From assembly GCA_963676395.1 (NCBI GenBank), contig OY781066.1, forward strand, positions 1,280,001 to 1,344,000: DNA of 64,000 nt, read 5' to 3'. This DNA comes from a bacterium. Its GTDB lineage: Bacteria > Fidelibacterota > Fidelibacteria > Fidelibacterales > Fidelibacteraceae. Positions 38,777-49,573 of the stretch are shown piece by piece. The position numbers and the translations under genes were made by a program. The notes beneath the pieces were generated by a model, which made no database searches, was not told where the DNA came from, and saw nothing but the letters and a program-made list of their open reading frames with translations. The stretch's first letter is position 1, and every line of letters starts with the position of its first letter.

Positions 38777-41700
38777 AGCTATTCTTGTTTTCACTTTTAT
38801 TAGTGTTATAACGTTGTTTTCTGCAACGATGGATGTCGACAACAAAAACACATCTTTAAACCTTTCCTGGCGTTTAGACAGTGCTGATCTTGAAGCTTTT
38901 TTAAATACGGGTAGCTTTGATAATGAAAATGTGACCAGTATATACTTTGAAGGAAGATATTATCCCTATTATTCTGTTATCCTGGAAAATCAAAGTTCCG
39001 ATATTGTACCTCGACTCAGTGTTAAAAACAGTCAAGTAGTTCAATTACCGGTTTTAAGTGAAAACTTAGATGATATACCCACTCATGCTGTTGATAATGT
39101 TGATGTCCTGACATTTCGTGACCATATACAGGTTCAGAATATTCCCGGTATTGGCACATTGGTGGAAATTATGCCGCTTTTACCTTTGGAAGGTGGTCGT
39201 GTAAAATGTTTAAATAATGCAGAGATCCAAATCTTTTCCGCCAGTGGCACCTTAAGGTTTGCAAATGATTTAAATAGAGAATTATCACAGCTTTCAAAAA
39301 TTAACTTGCGTCAAGAGTTAGCTCAAGATTATTGTGTGATATATTTTTCGGAACCCGGGGTCTATCGCATCAGTGGTCAGGATCTGATTGATAAAAATGT
39401 AGATATTGCAGGTATTTCCCCCGACCAAATTAAACTTCATCGCTGGGGAAGAGAAATACCCTGTTATGTAAGTTCCGGCAATAATAAGGGAACGGAAATA
39501 TTTACCGAAACGGATATTGTTCAATTTTATATACCGGAATTAGAAAATCCATACGGTGATTATAAATACAATCCATTTAGTGATTATGATGCACTTATTA
39601 TGTCTTGGGGCGAAGGAAATGGCAAACGTTATATTCAAGAGAATTCCGATTTTTCAGATGATCCGAATAAGTTTACTTACGACATGAACCGAAAATTTAG
39701 AAGTACAATTCATGTTGAGGAAAATCAAACCGTTCAGCCTTTAGCCCGTTTGCATGAAGATGAGCTATCACATTTATTAGAACACCGTTTTTATTCACCA
39801 TCAATAAAAGTAGGGCGGAGCATACGTTATCCATTTGAAATTTTTGACCCGGTGAATGATTCACCTTATGATGTTGAATACCGCATTAGAATGCAGGGTT
39901 TAACTTATTCTGTAGATGATGAAATGGATCATCAGATTATTGTTAAGGTAAATAATGTGGAAGCTTTTTCAGATGAATGGGAAGGTCAGCAACCAAGGAT
40001 ATCTGACAATGAAGGACTGCAATATTCACACTCGTATTTGAATGATGGAGAAAATGAGTTTGAGATATCAGTCCGTGGATTTGGTGATGATAGCTTTCTG
40101 GATGACCAGGTATTACTTGATTGGTTTGAGGTGAGTTACGATCGCTATATGATAGCGCATAATAATCGCTTAAAGTTTTCACCTCAACATGGTGCTGGAA
40201 CATATATGTTTCAGGTAAAGGGTTTAAGTTCTCCACAGGACATTATGATTTTGAAAAACGGAACAAACTGGATCCGTGGATACCTGGTAAATGAGGAAGA
40301 TGCAGAAGGAGCTGAAAAAACATATACGATTTATTTCGAAGATCAGTGTAACGGCAATGAAGAGTACTTGGTAGTAGGCCCCGGAAAAGAAGATGATATA
40401 AGCTATGGTGTAGCAACAATTGACAGCTTTAGATATGTAAACACACTCGAGAATGAGTTGTATAATTCTTCAGATCAAGGTGATTATTTGATCATCACCC
40501 ACAAAGAATTTTACGAAAAATCAAAAGATCTCGCGGCTCATAAGCAAAGTATTGGCTATGATCCGGCCATATATGAACTTGAAAGGATCTATGATGAATA
40601 TAATTATGGGAATGAAAGTCCTTATGCTATAAAGAATTTTTTAAAAGACGCCTATTACAATTGGAGCATCAAACCTGAATACGTTTTGTTGGTCGGTGAC
40701 GTTGGAACCAAAAATTCTGTTCCGGTCATTTATTATCAATCGGTAGGAGACAGGGGAGCGGTTATCGCTGAGAGCTGGTATGCCGATCTTGATGACGATT
40801 TTATGCTGGATTTCTCTTTGGGTCGTTTACCTATAAGTAACACTGAAGAATTAGATAGTACAATTAAAAAGATCAAAGCATATGATAATATGGTATTTCC
40901 TCGCCAAATGAATAGGGTGGTGACGCTTACCGGAACAGGGAGTGTATTTAGATCGCAAGCTCAGGATTATATCAACACGATCTCTCCAGATTATCTTCAA
41001 AATGATCGTTTGTATTTATATAATTCAGGAGTCAGTGGTGATTTTGACCAAGGTGTTAATTCCACAGATAGTTTAATTGAATACATGAATGACGGTATTT
41101 TGTGTTTGAATTATATTGGCCATGGGAGCGGCCTAACCTGGGATAATCATGTTCTGCCTTATGAGGCTTTTGATGATTTTGTTTCTGGTAAACCCTATAT
41201 AATTAATTCAATGACCTGTTTTTCCAATACATTTTCGAATAATAATGCGATCGGAGAGCAGTTTATTCGACATCCGCGTGGTGGTGTGTCGATTTTTGGT
41301 TCAACCGGTTATGGGTGGATAAATTCCAATCATTTCCTTTTGAAACAAGTCATGGGAAATATGTTATATAAAAACATGTCTCATGGAAAAGCCATGCAAT
41401 TTGCTTTGGCAAACTATTTCTTCTCTTCCTATGGCAAGAATGCCAGTTTTATTGATGAACTTGATGGCGTTAATTATGTTAAGTATTTTAGAAAAGCTCT
41501 TTTTTATCAATTCTGTATATTAGGTGATCCTTCTTCAACATTTCCTCTTCTTGACCGGGAAGAAAGTATTGTTATATCACCCAATAGGATTGGTTCCGGG
41601 GAAACACTAAGTATCAGTTCTCCCGACAATTACACTCATGCATATGTTGATATCGTCGGGGCAAAGAATAATGACAGCAAGTATCCTTTGAAACAGAAGG

Positions 41701-43544
41701 TAGATCTTGAGCTTCAACAAGGAGTTGCTCAAGTAATTATGCCTGAGATTCCTGCCGGGGTTAAGTCGGGAATGGTGCAAATGACTTTGTGGGACGATGA
41801 ACTGAATGTTGCGGTTGCAAAAGAGAATATCTCATTTGGATTGTCTCATATAGAGGCATTGACCTATTATCCGGAACAACCCGGATTATTGGATGACCCG
41901 GTTCGAATTCGAATTGCTATTGACGAGGGAAGTACTGTTGACTCACTGGAACTTCTGGTTTATGGGGAAAGTTCTTTGAATACTTATTCTTCAGTTCTTA
42001 AAACACAAGAAGTTGAGGATGGTTTATATCAAACGGAGAATGATCTGGTTTATAGTGCTAAGGATAAATTTCAACCTTGGATATCAGATACACTCGCATC
42101 TTATATTTACCGTGGTAATTATTTTGCAGTAAAGACTTATTTTAATGGCGATAGTGAAATTTCACAATTTTTTACCTTGAGTCCATGGACTCAGAATTCC
42201 GCTGATATTTCAATTCTTGACTACCAAATTGAAGATGGTAAAAGCAAAATTATTTTGTTAAATCAAGCGGATACATCAAGCTATGTAAAAGTTATAATCA
42301 ATTCACATAATCTTGACCAAGTCATGGTTGATACGGTGTTAACTCATAGTGATGTAGAACAATATTATGAGCCCGGCGTAGACAAGATCAATAGTTTTTA
42401 CTTTGATTTTTTACCACAGTTTGGAGCAGATTCTTTAGAGATATTTATCGAAGCCTTGGATGTTGTTGACTTATTTTCTGTTAACGATACATTGCGGATC
42501 AAAACGGATAACTCATGTTTGAATTTCAATAATGGCGCTTGGCAAAACTTTGATCAGGATACTTGCTATTTAGCTTCAGATCTTTTTAAAGCTTTGGTGG
42601 TAGATAAAAATCACCTTGGCTCTTATACGATAAATGTGAGTAAGGATTTAGATGCAATTGAATTGAATACGTATGGGGCAACACAGAGTAAAACCAATAT
42701 TCTTGATATGCTTTCAAGTGATGAAACAATACAAATATATGGTATTGTTTCTTTAGACAGTCTAGCTGATGATGAGTTTATTGCTTATTATAATGAAGAC
42801 AGTGAAGCTTTTTATAAAGCAACCCAATTTCAACAGGGGGCTCAGCGAATATTTTCAATTCATGAAGCCGGGAAATATCTGATTTCCGGTTCTGTGGATA
42901 ACGAGGCGCCTGAAATTGAGATAAGTATTAATGCGCGAGAAATTCTTGAGCAGGCATATGTTTCCGAGAGATCTGATTTCTCTTTAATTATTAAAGATAA
43001 TTATGGTGTAAATCCCCTTAAAGCGCATAGACAGATTTTGTTAGATGGCGAAGAAATTTCTGAGGATAATGTGATGGTCGTTGAAAGTGGGCATAGAGAG
43101 AATTTAGGTATAAATTTTAAGCTGGATATGGATCCGGGTGAACACACACTTCAAGTTATAGCTCAGGATTTGGTTGGAAATGAAACTGAAAGTGATGAAT
43201 TTGATATCATCTATTTAGGGGAATCTAAATTGATTGATTATGGAAATTTCCCAAACCCTTTTACAACAAGAACGACTTTTATATATGAATTGACTGAACA
43301 ATTCGATGATGTCACAATTAAAATATTTACAATATCCGGGCAGAAAATATTTACCATGTCGTCTACCGAAAATACCAATTCGGATATTCCCTTATACAGT
43401 ATTGGCTATCATGAAGTGGAATGGAGAGGTAAAGACGAATTTGGTAATGCTGTGGCAAATGGGGTATATTTTTATGTGATCGAAGGTCAAATCGACGGTA
43501 AGAAGGTTAAAGAAAAGGGCAAAATAGCAAAACTATGGTTATGA
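38727..43544 (+). CDS. C25 (gingipain-family) cysteine peptidase, PorU-like T9SS sortase candidate
   Basis: Signal peptide; DYLIITH, IYDEYNYG, YVLLVGD, GRLP, catalytic NYIGHG and SMTC, ILGDP; C-terminal DNEAPEI region and NFPNPF..ANGVYFY CTD. Confidence 0.85.
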   Translation: MKMNCGHRYIPICRIAKAILVFTFISVITLFSATMDVDNKNTSLNLSWRLDSADLEAFLNTGSFDNENVTSIYFEGRYYPYYSVILENQSSDIVPRLSVKNSQVVQLPVLSENLDDIPTHAVDNVDVLTFRDHIQVQNIPGIGTLVEIMPLLPLEGGRVKCLNNAEIQIFSASGTLRFANDLNRELSQLSKINLRQELAQDYCVIYFSEPGVYRISGQDLIDKNVDIAGISPDQIKLHRWGREIPCYVSSGNNKGTEIFTETDIVQFYIPELENPYGDYKYNPFSDYDALIMSWGEGNGKRYIQENSDFSDDPNKFTYDMNRKFRSTIHVEENQTVQPLARLHEDELSHLLEHRFYSPSIKVGRSIRYPFEIFDPVNDSPYDVEYRIRMQGLTYSVDDEMDHQIIVKVNNVEAFSDEWEGQQPRISDNEGLQYSHSYLNDGENEFEISVRGFGDDSFLDDQVLLDWFEVSYDRYMIAHNNRLKFSPQHGAGTYMFQVKGLSSPQDIMILKNGTNWIRGYLVNEEDAEGAEKTYTIYFEDQCNGNEEYLVVGPGKEDDISYGVATIDSFRYVNTLENELYNSSDQGDYLIITHKEFYEKSKDLAAHKQSIGYDPAIYELERIYDEYNYGNESPYAIKNFLKDAYYNWSIKPEYVLLVGDVGTKNSVPVIYYQSVGDRGAVIAESWYADLDDDFMLDFSLGRLPISNTEELDSTIKKIKAYDNMVFPRQMNRVVTLTGTGSVFRSQAQDYINTISPDYLQNDRLYLYNSGVSGDFDQGVNSTDSLIEYMNDGILCLNYIGHGSGLTWDNHVLPYEAFDDFVSGKPYIINSMTCFSNTFSNNNAIGEQFIRHPRGGVSIFGSTGYGWINSNHFLLKQVMGNMLYKNMSHGKAMQFALANYFFSSYGKNASFIDELDGVNYVKYFRKALFYQFCILGDPSSTFPLLDREESIVISPNRIGSGETLSISSPDNYTHAYVDIVGAKNNDSKYPLKQKVDLELQQGVAQVIMPEIPAGVKSGMVQMTLWDDELNVAVAKENISFGLSHIEALTYYPEQPGLLDDPVRIRIAIDEGSTVDSLELLVYGESSLNTYSSVLKTQEVEDGLYQTENDLVYSAKDKFQPWISDTLASYIYRGNYFAVKTYFNGDSEISQFFTLSPWTQNSADISILDYQIEDGKSKIILLNQADTSSYVKVIINSHNLDQVMVDTVLTHSDVEQYYEPGVDKINSFYFDFLPQFGADSLEIFIEALDVVDLFSVNDTLRIKTDNSCLNFNNGAWQNFDQDTCYLASDLFKALVVDKNHLGSYTINVSKDLDAIELNTYGATQSKTNILDMLSSDETIQIYGIVSLDSLADDEFIAYYNEDSEAFYKATQFQQGAQRIFSIHEAGKYLISGSVDNEAPEIEISINAREILEQAYVSERSDFSLIIKDNYGVNPLKAHRQILLDGEEISEDNVMVVESGHRENLGINFKLDMDPGEHTLQVIAQDLVGNETESDEFDIIYLGESKLIDYGNFPNPFTTRTTFIYELTEQFDDVTIKIFTISGQKIFTMSSTENTNSDIPLYSIGYHEVEWRGKDEFGNAVANGVYFYVIEGQIDGKKVKEKGKIAKLWL

Positions 43545-44587
43545 TGAAAAAAAGCAGTAAAAGATTATTTTTTATAATATTACTTTGTTTGTTTGCCGGA
43601 AAAGGTTTTGCCGCTTACGGATATTATGCGGATGCATTTATTATTGCAGGGAGATCGGCACAATCTATTGCGATGGGGGGAACGGGATTAACCTCGCTTG
43701 ATGGTGCAATTGCTTTATTTTCTAATCCTGCCGGACTGGCAAGTAATGAACGCTCTGAGTTATACACTCAGTTCAATAATCTTTATGGTTTGGCATTTCA
43801 AAATTCTGTTGCTTATGCCAGTAAATTTGGAAAATACAAAGTGGGTATTGCACTAAATACTGTTGGAGCACAATTAAATTATCGGGATGATATAGTAGGT
43901 GAAATTCCAAACATTAATGATCGCCGGGAATATATTCGTAATTTTTTGGCTTTGGATACATTCAACGATCTTGAAAATGCCTTACTATTGTCTTTTGCCG
44001 GGAATGTTCCTCTTGATGTTAAAATAGGTTGGTCTTACGAAAGGATCAAATTAAGACTTCAATATGGCTTAAGTGCAAAGATGATATATAAGAATTTGGC
44101 AAATGAGAGCGCTATTGGTGGCGGTTTGGATGGTGGCTTAAGATTGTATGTACCTGGTGAGGATATTTTTAATATCAGGAATATGGGTGATGTGGTAATT
44201 GCTTTGAATTTGGAAAACATTATTCAATCACCTGTTATTTGGTTTAATGGACAATGGGCAGATCAAGGGAATATGCGTATTAATGCTGCATTTGCTTTGC
44301 ATCAACCTATTAAATCACTTTCCAGTGAACTTCGTTTCTCTATTGAAGGTTATGTATTTGAAAATCAATTTTTACCTAATTATGGTACCCGTTTAGGTAT
44401 GCAATGGCGTTTAAAGGATAAAATTGATATTAGAGTGGGTAAAGATCTAAGCAGTATAAGTGGCGGTCTAGGTGTTTTTTTACCGATACCGGGAGGTATG
44501 TTAAAATTGGATTATGCCATACAATATCATGAAATTAATTGGAGCCATTTGCTATCGTTGCTTTATGTTTGGGGGAATGATAAATGA
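43541..44587 (+). CDS. PorV-like outer-membrane beta-barrel
   Basis: GRSAQSIAMGG..ALFSNPAGLA signature, terminal LDYA..H beta-strands; ATGA overlap with the C25 gene (ORF track start 43535). Confidence 0.7.
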   Translation: MMKKSSKRLFFIILLCLFAGKGFAAYGYYADAFIIAGRSAQSIAMGGTGLTSLDGAIALFSNPAGLASNERSELYTQFNNLYGLAFQNSVAYASKFGKYKVGIALNTVGAQLNYRDDIVGEIPNINDRREYIRNFLALDTFNDLENALLLSFAGNVPLDVKIGWSYERIKLRLQYGLSAKMIYKNLANESAIGGGLDGGLRLYVPGEDIFNIRNMGDVVIALNLENIIQSPVIWFNGQWADQGNMRINAAFALHQPIKSLSSELRFSIEGYVFENQFLPNYGTRLGMQWRLKDKIDIRVGKDLSSISGGLGVFLPIPGGMLKLDYAIQYHEINWSHLLSLLYVWGNDK

Positions 44588-45375
44588 AAAAACTAGTTAT
44601 ATTTATTTTTACTGTTTTGGTGGTGTTTTCATGTTTTGAGCAACCGGAAATAAGCACGCCAATGTTTGTTAGTAAATCTTCACCTGACAGTTTAATTGAA
44701 AAGGGTATTGACGCCAATATTGATAATTCCATCTATTTAGAATGGAATGAGCCGGCATCTGCTTCGCTTGAAGGGATAAACGGATATCATTTATATCGTG
44801 GGATATTGGTCGATGAAGAATATGCTTTTGAAAAGATTGCTACAATAGAGCGGGAAAATGGTGTGATATTTAAGAGTGATGAATATACCGATTATGAAGT
44901 TAGTCTTGATACAACCTATTATTACTATTTGAGATCATATAATGATTTTACTATATCTAATAAAACATCGGATACCGCACAATATAAACTTGTTGTATCG
45001 GCAAGCTTAAGGCAACCCACCGGAGATGTTAATGATTCAATTCCTCAATTTGAGTTTTTAGTCCCTCGGTTTGCTATTGATAATATTTCACATTTTTATT
45101 TGCGGTTGGAGTATCTGGAAAATACTGGATATCAAAGTAAATTTTTTGTAAAGCTGCACCGCTTTAATTATGCTCAAGAACAATTTTTTATTAATTTAAA
45201 TTCACTTAATCAACATTGCATTGTATTATATGATGATGTTTGGACTCACGATGGCAGACGGTATCTTGAAAAGGGAGATTATCGTTGGAAAATTGATGCC
45301 ATCTCCAGTAGACTTGGGGGGCTTGGGGAAGTCGAAGGCTCCGAAAGCGATTGGATGGAGTTTACAATAAAATAA
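44584..45375 (+). CDS. Hypothetical lipoprotein with FN3-like domain
   Basis: Lipobox-like VFSC after a hydrophobic leader; IYLEWNE..GYHLYRG..YTD..YYYYLRSY. Confidence 0.65.
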   Translation: MKKLVIFIFTVLVVFSCFEQPEISTPMFVSKSSPDSLIEKGIDANIDNSIYLEWNEPASASLEGINGYHLYRGILVDEEYAFEKIATIERENGVIFKSDEYTDYEVSLDTTYYYYLRSYNDFTISNKTSDTAQYKLVVSASLRQPTGDVNDSIPQFEFLVPRFAIDNISHFYLRLEYLENTGYQSKFFVKLHRFNYAQEQFFINLNSLNQHCIVLYDDVWTHDGRRYLEKGDYRWKIDAISSRLGGLGEVEGSESDWMEFTIK

Positions 45376-45388
45376 GGAGCAAAAATAT

Positions 45389-45862
45389 ATGAAGAAAATA
45401 TTAATTCCTATGTTATTACTGGGGCTAAATTTATTTGCATTTGCACAAGATGCCAATGTTTCAATGGCAGGGGGGTTTAGAAATGACAATGAATTTATTT
45501 ACTCAGTGAAGGTGTGGGGAGAAGTAGCTAAACCCAATGTATATGAAGTACCTATTGAGTATGATATGCTTGGTATTTTGTCAATTGCCGGCGGTCCTTT
45601 AAATAGCGCTAAATTATCAAGTGTTAAAGTTATACGCGCTCAAAGGCTGAATGATGAAGAACCAATTGTAGTTTATGTTGATCTCGAAAGGTATATTGAA
45701 ACCGGTGACGAGAGTCTGATCCCTGAAATTCGCGAAGGCGATATTATCATGGTACCTCCAAAATTTGGTAAAGATTTCATTCGTAATTTTGCATCTATTC
45801 TTGCTATAGCGCAATCAATTACTATCATGGCTTATTATGTTGACAATATTATGGATAAATAA
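45389..45862 (+). CDS. Small SLBB-domain protein (polysaccharide export-like)
   Basis: Signal peptide; VKVWGEVAKPNVY..LSIAGGP..VKVIR..EGDIIMVP; C-terminal amphipathic/hydrophobic helix. Confidence 0.8.
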   Translation: MKKILIPMLLLGLNLFAFAQDANVSMAGGFRNDNEFIYSVKVWGEVAKPNVYEVPIEYDMLGILSIAGGPLNSAKLSSVKVIRAQRLNDEEPIVVYVDLERYIETGDESLIPEIREGDIIMVPPKFGKDFIRNFASILAIAQSITIMAYYVDNIMDK

Positions 45863-47266
45863 ATGGATTATAAAGTAAAAGACATTACACTTGCTGCCTT
45901 TGGGCATAAGGAAATACATTTAGCTGAAAGTGAAATGCCGGGTTTAATGGCATTGCAAGAAAAGTATAAGGATCAGCAACCTTTAAAAGGAGCAAAGATC
46001 ACAGGTAGTTTGCATATGACTATTCAAACAGCTGTTTTGATCAAAACTTTACTTAAGTTGGGTGCAGAGGTTCGCTGGGCAAGTTGTAATATTTATTCAA
46101 CACAAGATCATGCAGCAGCAGCGATCGCCGATTTGGGTGTTCCGGTATTTGCCTGGAAGGGCGAAACCTTGGAAGATTATTGGTGGTGCACAAAAAAAGC
46201 GCTTTTACATGGTGAGATCGGACCTGATGTGATGGTTGATGATGGCGGAGATGCCACATTAATGATTCATGAGGGTGTAAGATTAGAAAAGCTTTATGCT
46301 GAAACAGGTGAAAAGCCGATTGTAGATTCCGATAACAAAGAAATGCGTATTGTTCAAGCTTTAGTTTTGGAAGAACTTGAAGCTTTTCCAACGCGTTGGC
46401 AAAAGATTGCTCAAAACTTAAAAGGTGTAAGTGAAGAGACGACAACAGGTGTTGCTCGATTATACCAAATGATGGAAAAGGGTGAGTTGCTTTTTCCGGC
46501 CATTAATGTGAATGATTCTGTTACAAAGTCGAAGTTTGATAATCTCTATGGTTGTCGAGAATCTCTTGCGGATGGTATCAAGCGTGGTACTGATGTGATG
46601 GTTGCCGGTAAAACGGTTGTTGTTTGTGGTTATGGTGATGTTGGCAAAGGTTGCGCCCAATCTATGCGTGGTATTGGAGCACGCGTGATTATAACTGAAA
46701 TTGACCCTATTTGTGCTCTGCAGGCTGCAATGGAAGGGTTTGAGGTTAATCGTATGGATGATCTTGCCGAAAAAGGGGATATCTTTGTCACGGCTACAGG
46801 TAATTGTGATGTAATTACCACAGATCACATGAAGAAAATGAAAGATAAGGCTATCGTGTGTAATATAGGTCACTTTGATAATGAGATCCAGGTTGACGAT
46901 CTTTATGCCTTGCCGGGTGTAGAAAAAATCAATATTAAACCTCAAGTTGATGAGATAATGTTTCCGGATGGGCACTCAATTATTCTTTTATCCGAAGGAC
47001 GCTTGGTAAATCTTGGAAATGCAACCGGTCATCCCTCTTTTGTAATGAGCAATTCATTTTCAAATCAGGTGCTTGCTCAAATTGAGTTATGGCAGAACAA
47101 ACACGAACTGGGTGTTTATACCTTGCCTAAGCATCTTGATGAAGAAGTTGCACGTATGCATTTGCAACGTTTGGGTGTGAAGTTGACCGAATTGACAGAT
47201 AAACAATCAAAATACGTCGGCATCTCAAAAGACGGTCCATATAAACCTGATCAGTATAGATATTAA
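45863..47266 (+). CDS. ahcY: Adenosylhomocysteinase
   Basis: [59 protein letters not shown]. Confidence 0.98.
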   Translation: MDYKVKDITLAAFGHKEIHLAESEMPGLMALQEKYKDQQPLKGAKITGSLHMTIQTAVLIKTLLKLGAEVRWASCNIYSTQDHAAAAIADLGVPVFAWKGETLEDYWWCTKKALLHGEIGPDVMVDDGGDATLMIHEGVRLEKLYAETGEKPIVDSDNKEMRIVQALVLEELEAFPTRWQKIAQNLKGVSEETTTGVARLYQMMEKGELLFPAINVNDSVTKSKFDNLYGCRESLADGIKRGTDVMVAGKTVVVCGYGDVGKGCAQSMRGIGARVIITEIDPICALQAAMEGFEVNRMDDLAEKGDIFVTATGNCDVITTDHMKKMKDKAIVCNIGHFDNEIQVDDLYALPGVEKINIKPQVDEIMFPDGHSIILLSEGRLVNLGNATGHPSFVMSNSFSNQVLAQIELWQNKHELGVYTLPKHLDEEVARMHLQRLGVKLTELTDKQSKYVGISKDGPYKPDQYRY

Positions 47267-47274
47267 TAGTGCTT

Positions 47275-47296
47275 GAATGTGATCTGTATCACAATT
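47275..47296. promoter_or_regulatory. CRP/FNR-family-like palindromic site
   Basis: gaaTGTGA-tctgta-TCACAatt matches TGTGA-N6-TCACA. Confidence 0.45.
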
Positions 47297-47303
47297 TTAT
47301 AAT

Positions 47304-47330
47304 AAAAGGAGAAAACAGTTCTCCTTTTTT
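47304..47330 (+). terminator. Rho-independent terminator after ahcY
   Basis: AAAAGGAGAA-AACAG-TTCTCCTTTTTT. Confidence 0.8.
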
Positions 47331-47368
47331 CATTTATACCCTATTTTTCGCAGTAAATGAGGATTGAT

Positions 47369-49573
47369 ATGACACAGATACTTTTAGGATTAAATGACAA
47401 ACAGCGAGAAGCTGTTATGGCGACAGATGGACCGCTTTTGGTATTTGCCGGAGCCGGCTCGGGTAAAACACGTGTGTTAACACGGAAAATCGCATATTTG
47501 CTTGAACAACAAAAAACCGTTCCCCATCGTATTCTTGCCGTGACTTTTACAAATAAGGCCGCTCGTGAAATGCAAGCCCGCGTTGGCTCTTTGTTAGGTG
47601 AGGGGAATTCGGTTAATATTGGCACTTTTCATAGTATCGGTGCAAGAATATTACGTTCTGAGCGTGGTGCTGAAAATTATTCACCGGATTTCACTATTTA
47701 CGATACATCAGATATTAAAAAAGTAATTAATGAATGCTTGAAAGAATTGAGCATAGACCCAAAAATGATCGCCCCATCAGCTATCATGAGTTTTATTTCA
47801 TCTCAGAAACAACTTTTATTATCTCCGCAAGAATCATATGACAAGGCAGGTAATGAATATATGCCGGAAAAACTGGCATCAATCTATATTGAATATGATA
47901 AAAGAATGCGCACGAATAACGCATATGATTTTGATGATTTACTGATGCGCCCGATACAAATGTTTCGTGATTATCCTCAGATTGCCGAAAAATACCGTCA
48001 TCGTTGGGACTATATTTTAGTTGATGAATATCAAGATACAAACCATGTTCAATTTCAAATGGTTAAGTTGTTTTCTGAAGTCAGTCAAAACATTTGCGTA
48101 GTGGGAGATGATGACCAATCCATTTATGGGTGGCGAGGAGCAGATATCAACAATATTTTAGATTTTGAAAAAACCTTTCCCAACGCAAGAACGATTAAGC
48201 TTGAGCAAAACTATCGATCTACCAAGAATATTATCAAAGCTGCATCGGCAATGATAAAAAGTAATTCAAAGCGTGCCGATAAGGATTTGTGGACAGCAGC
48301 CGGCGATGGAGATTTAATCTTGCATAAAGAGTTGGATCGTGATTATAAAGAAGCCGATTATATCGCAAAAACAATCACATTTTCTAACAAACCTTTACGA
48401 AATTTTGCAATCCTTTATCGTACGAATGCACAGTCACGTATGCTGGAAGAGGCGTTAAGGAACAGAAGCATACGCTATGTTTTGGTTGGTGGTGTAAAGT
48501 TTTATGAACGTAAGGAGATCAAAGATATTCTTGCCTATTTAAATGTTTTGGTAAATGATCATGATGTTGTAAATCTTAAAAGAGCAATTAATACACCACG
48601 GCGAGGTATTGGTGATACGACAATAGCCAAGATTGAAACATTTGCTATGGAAACTCACCGCACTTTATGGGAAGCTTTGCAATATCCACAAGATGCGGGT
48701 GTAGCTTCTGCCGGTTCCTTGCGTGTAAATAAATTTATGAATATGATGACAGACCTTAAAAGTAAAATACACGATATGCTGCCATCGGAATTTGTAATGG
48801 GATTACTTGAACAAAGTGAACTTTTGTTTGAGTATCGCGATAAAAAAGATCCTGAACTTCAGGAACGCTATGAAAACCAAAATGAATTTCTGAATGGCGT
48901 GAAAATGTTCGAGAATTTTAATCCTGATGCCGGGATCGAGGATTTTTTGCAAGAAGTTTCCTTGCAAACAGATATTGATTCATGGGAAGATACCGGAGAT
49001 GCTGTGACGATGATGACGATTCATTCGGCAAAAGGACTTGAGTTTAAACATGTGTTTATTGCCGGTATGGAAGAGGGACTGTTCCCTCTTGAAAGAACAC
49101 GATTAAATCCACAGGAAATGGAAGAAGAGCGTCGTCTTTTTTACGTAGCAATCACCCGCGCGATGGAAAATTTAACAATTACCTCTTCGCTTTCAAGAAT
49201 GAAGTATGGAACCATCATGGGTGCTACACCCTCTCAATTTATTTCTGAGATACCTAAAGAATATATTCAACAACAGTTAATGAGGGGATCTCGTAAAAAC
49301 GAAAAGCCTGTTTCAAGTGGAATGTCATCGCAATTCCGTCGTCCTGCAGCAACTCCCGCGATACGTAAAAAAAGCGAAAGAGGTGAATTGCCAATTAGCC
49401 CGGTACGTTCTCCAAAGCCCGGGTCTGTAAAAGTCGGGGACAGAGTAGTTCATAAGATGTTTGGCAAAGGAAAGGTAAGATCGGTGATTCGTTCTTCGCA
49501 AACCTTGTTAAAAATTGATTTTGATAATGGCGTTCATAAAACGATTGCAGAAAAATTTGTTGAGAAAGTATGA
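47369..49573 (+). CDS. pcrA: UvrD/PcrA family ATP-dependent DNA helicase
   Basis: AGAGSGKT, TFTNKAA, LVDEYQDTN, VGDDDQSIY, LEQNYRS, TIHSAKGLEF, EERRLFYVAITRA, C-terminal Tudor-like RVVHKMFGKG; alternative start 47357. Confidence 0.93.
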   Translation: MTQILLGLNDKQREAVMATDGPLLVFAGAGSGKTRVLTRKIAYLLEQQKTVPHRILAVTFTNKAAREMQARVGSLLGEGNSVNIGTFHSIGARILRSERGAENYSPDFTIYDTSDIKKVINECLKELSIDPKMIAPSAIMSFISSQKQLLLSPQESYDKAGNEYMPEKLASIYIEYDKRMRTNNAYDFDDLLMRPIQMFRDYPQIAEKYRHRWDYILVDEYQDTNHVQFQMVKLFSEVSQNICVVGDDDQSIYGWRGADINNILDFEKTFPNARTIKLEQNYRSTKNIIKAASAMIKSNSKRADKDLWTAAGDGDLILHKELDRDYKEADYIAKTITFSNKPLRNFAILYRTNAQSRMLEEALRNRSIRYVLVGGVKFYERKEIKDILAYLNVLVNDHDVVNLKRAINTPRRGIGDTTIAKIETFAMETHRTLWEALQYPQDAGVASAGSLRVNKFMNMMTDLKSKIHDMLPSEFVMGLLEQSELLFEYRDKKDPELQERYENQNEFLNGVKMFENFNPDAGIEDFLQEVSLQTDIDSWEDTGDAVTMMTIHSAKGLEFKHVFIAGMEEGLFPLERTRLNPQEMEEERRLFYVAITRAMENLTITSSLSRMKYGTIMGATPSQFISEIPKEYIQQQLMRGSRKNEKPVSSGMSSQFRRPAATPAIRKKSERGELPISPVRSPKPGSVKVGDRVVHKMFGKGKVRSVIRSSQTLLKIDFDNGVHKTIAEKFVEKV

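Noticed and set aside
45780..45865. SAH riboswitch upstream of ahcY
   Set aside because: ahcY starts immediately after the SLBB gene stop codon, leaving no leader
46460..46975. 171-aa antisense ORF inside ahcY (similarly 53911-54426, 60448-60966, 62416-62880 and the other minus-strand ORFs)
   Set aside because: They overlap well-supported + strand genes, have no recognisable motifs, and are typical antisense shadows
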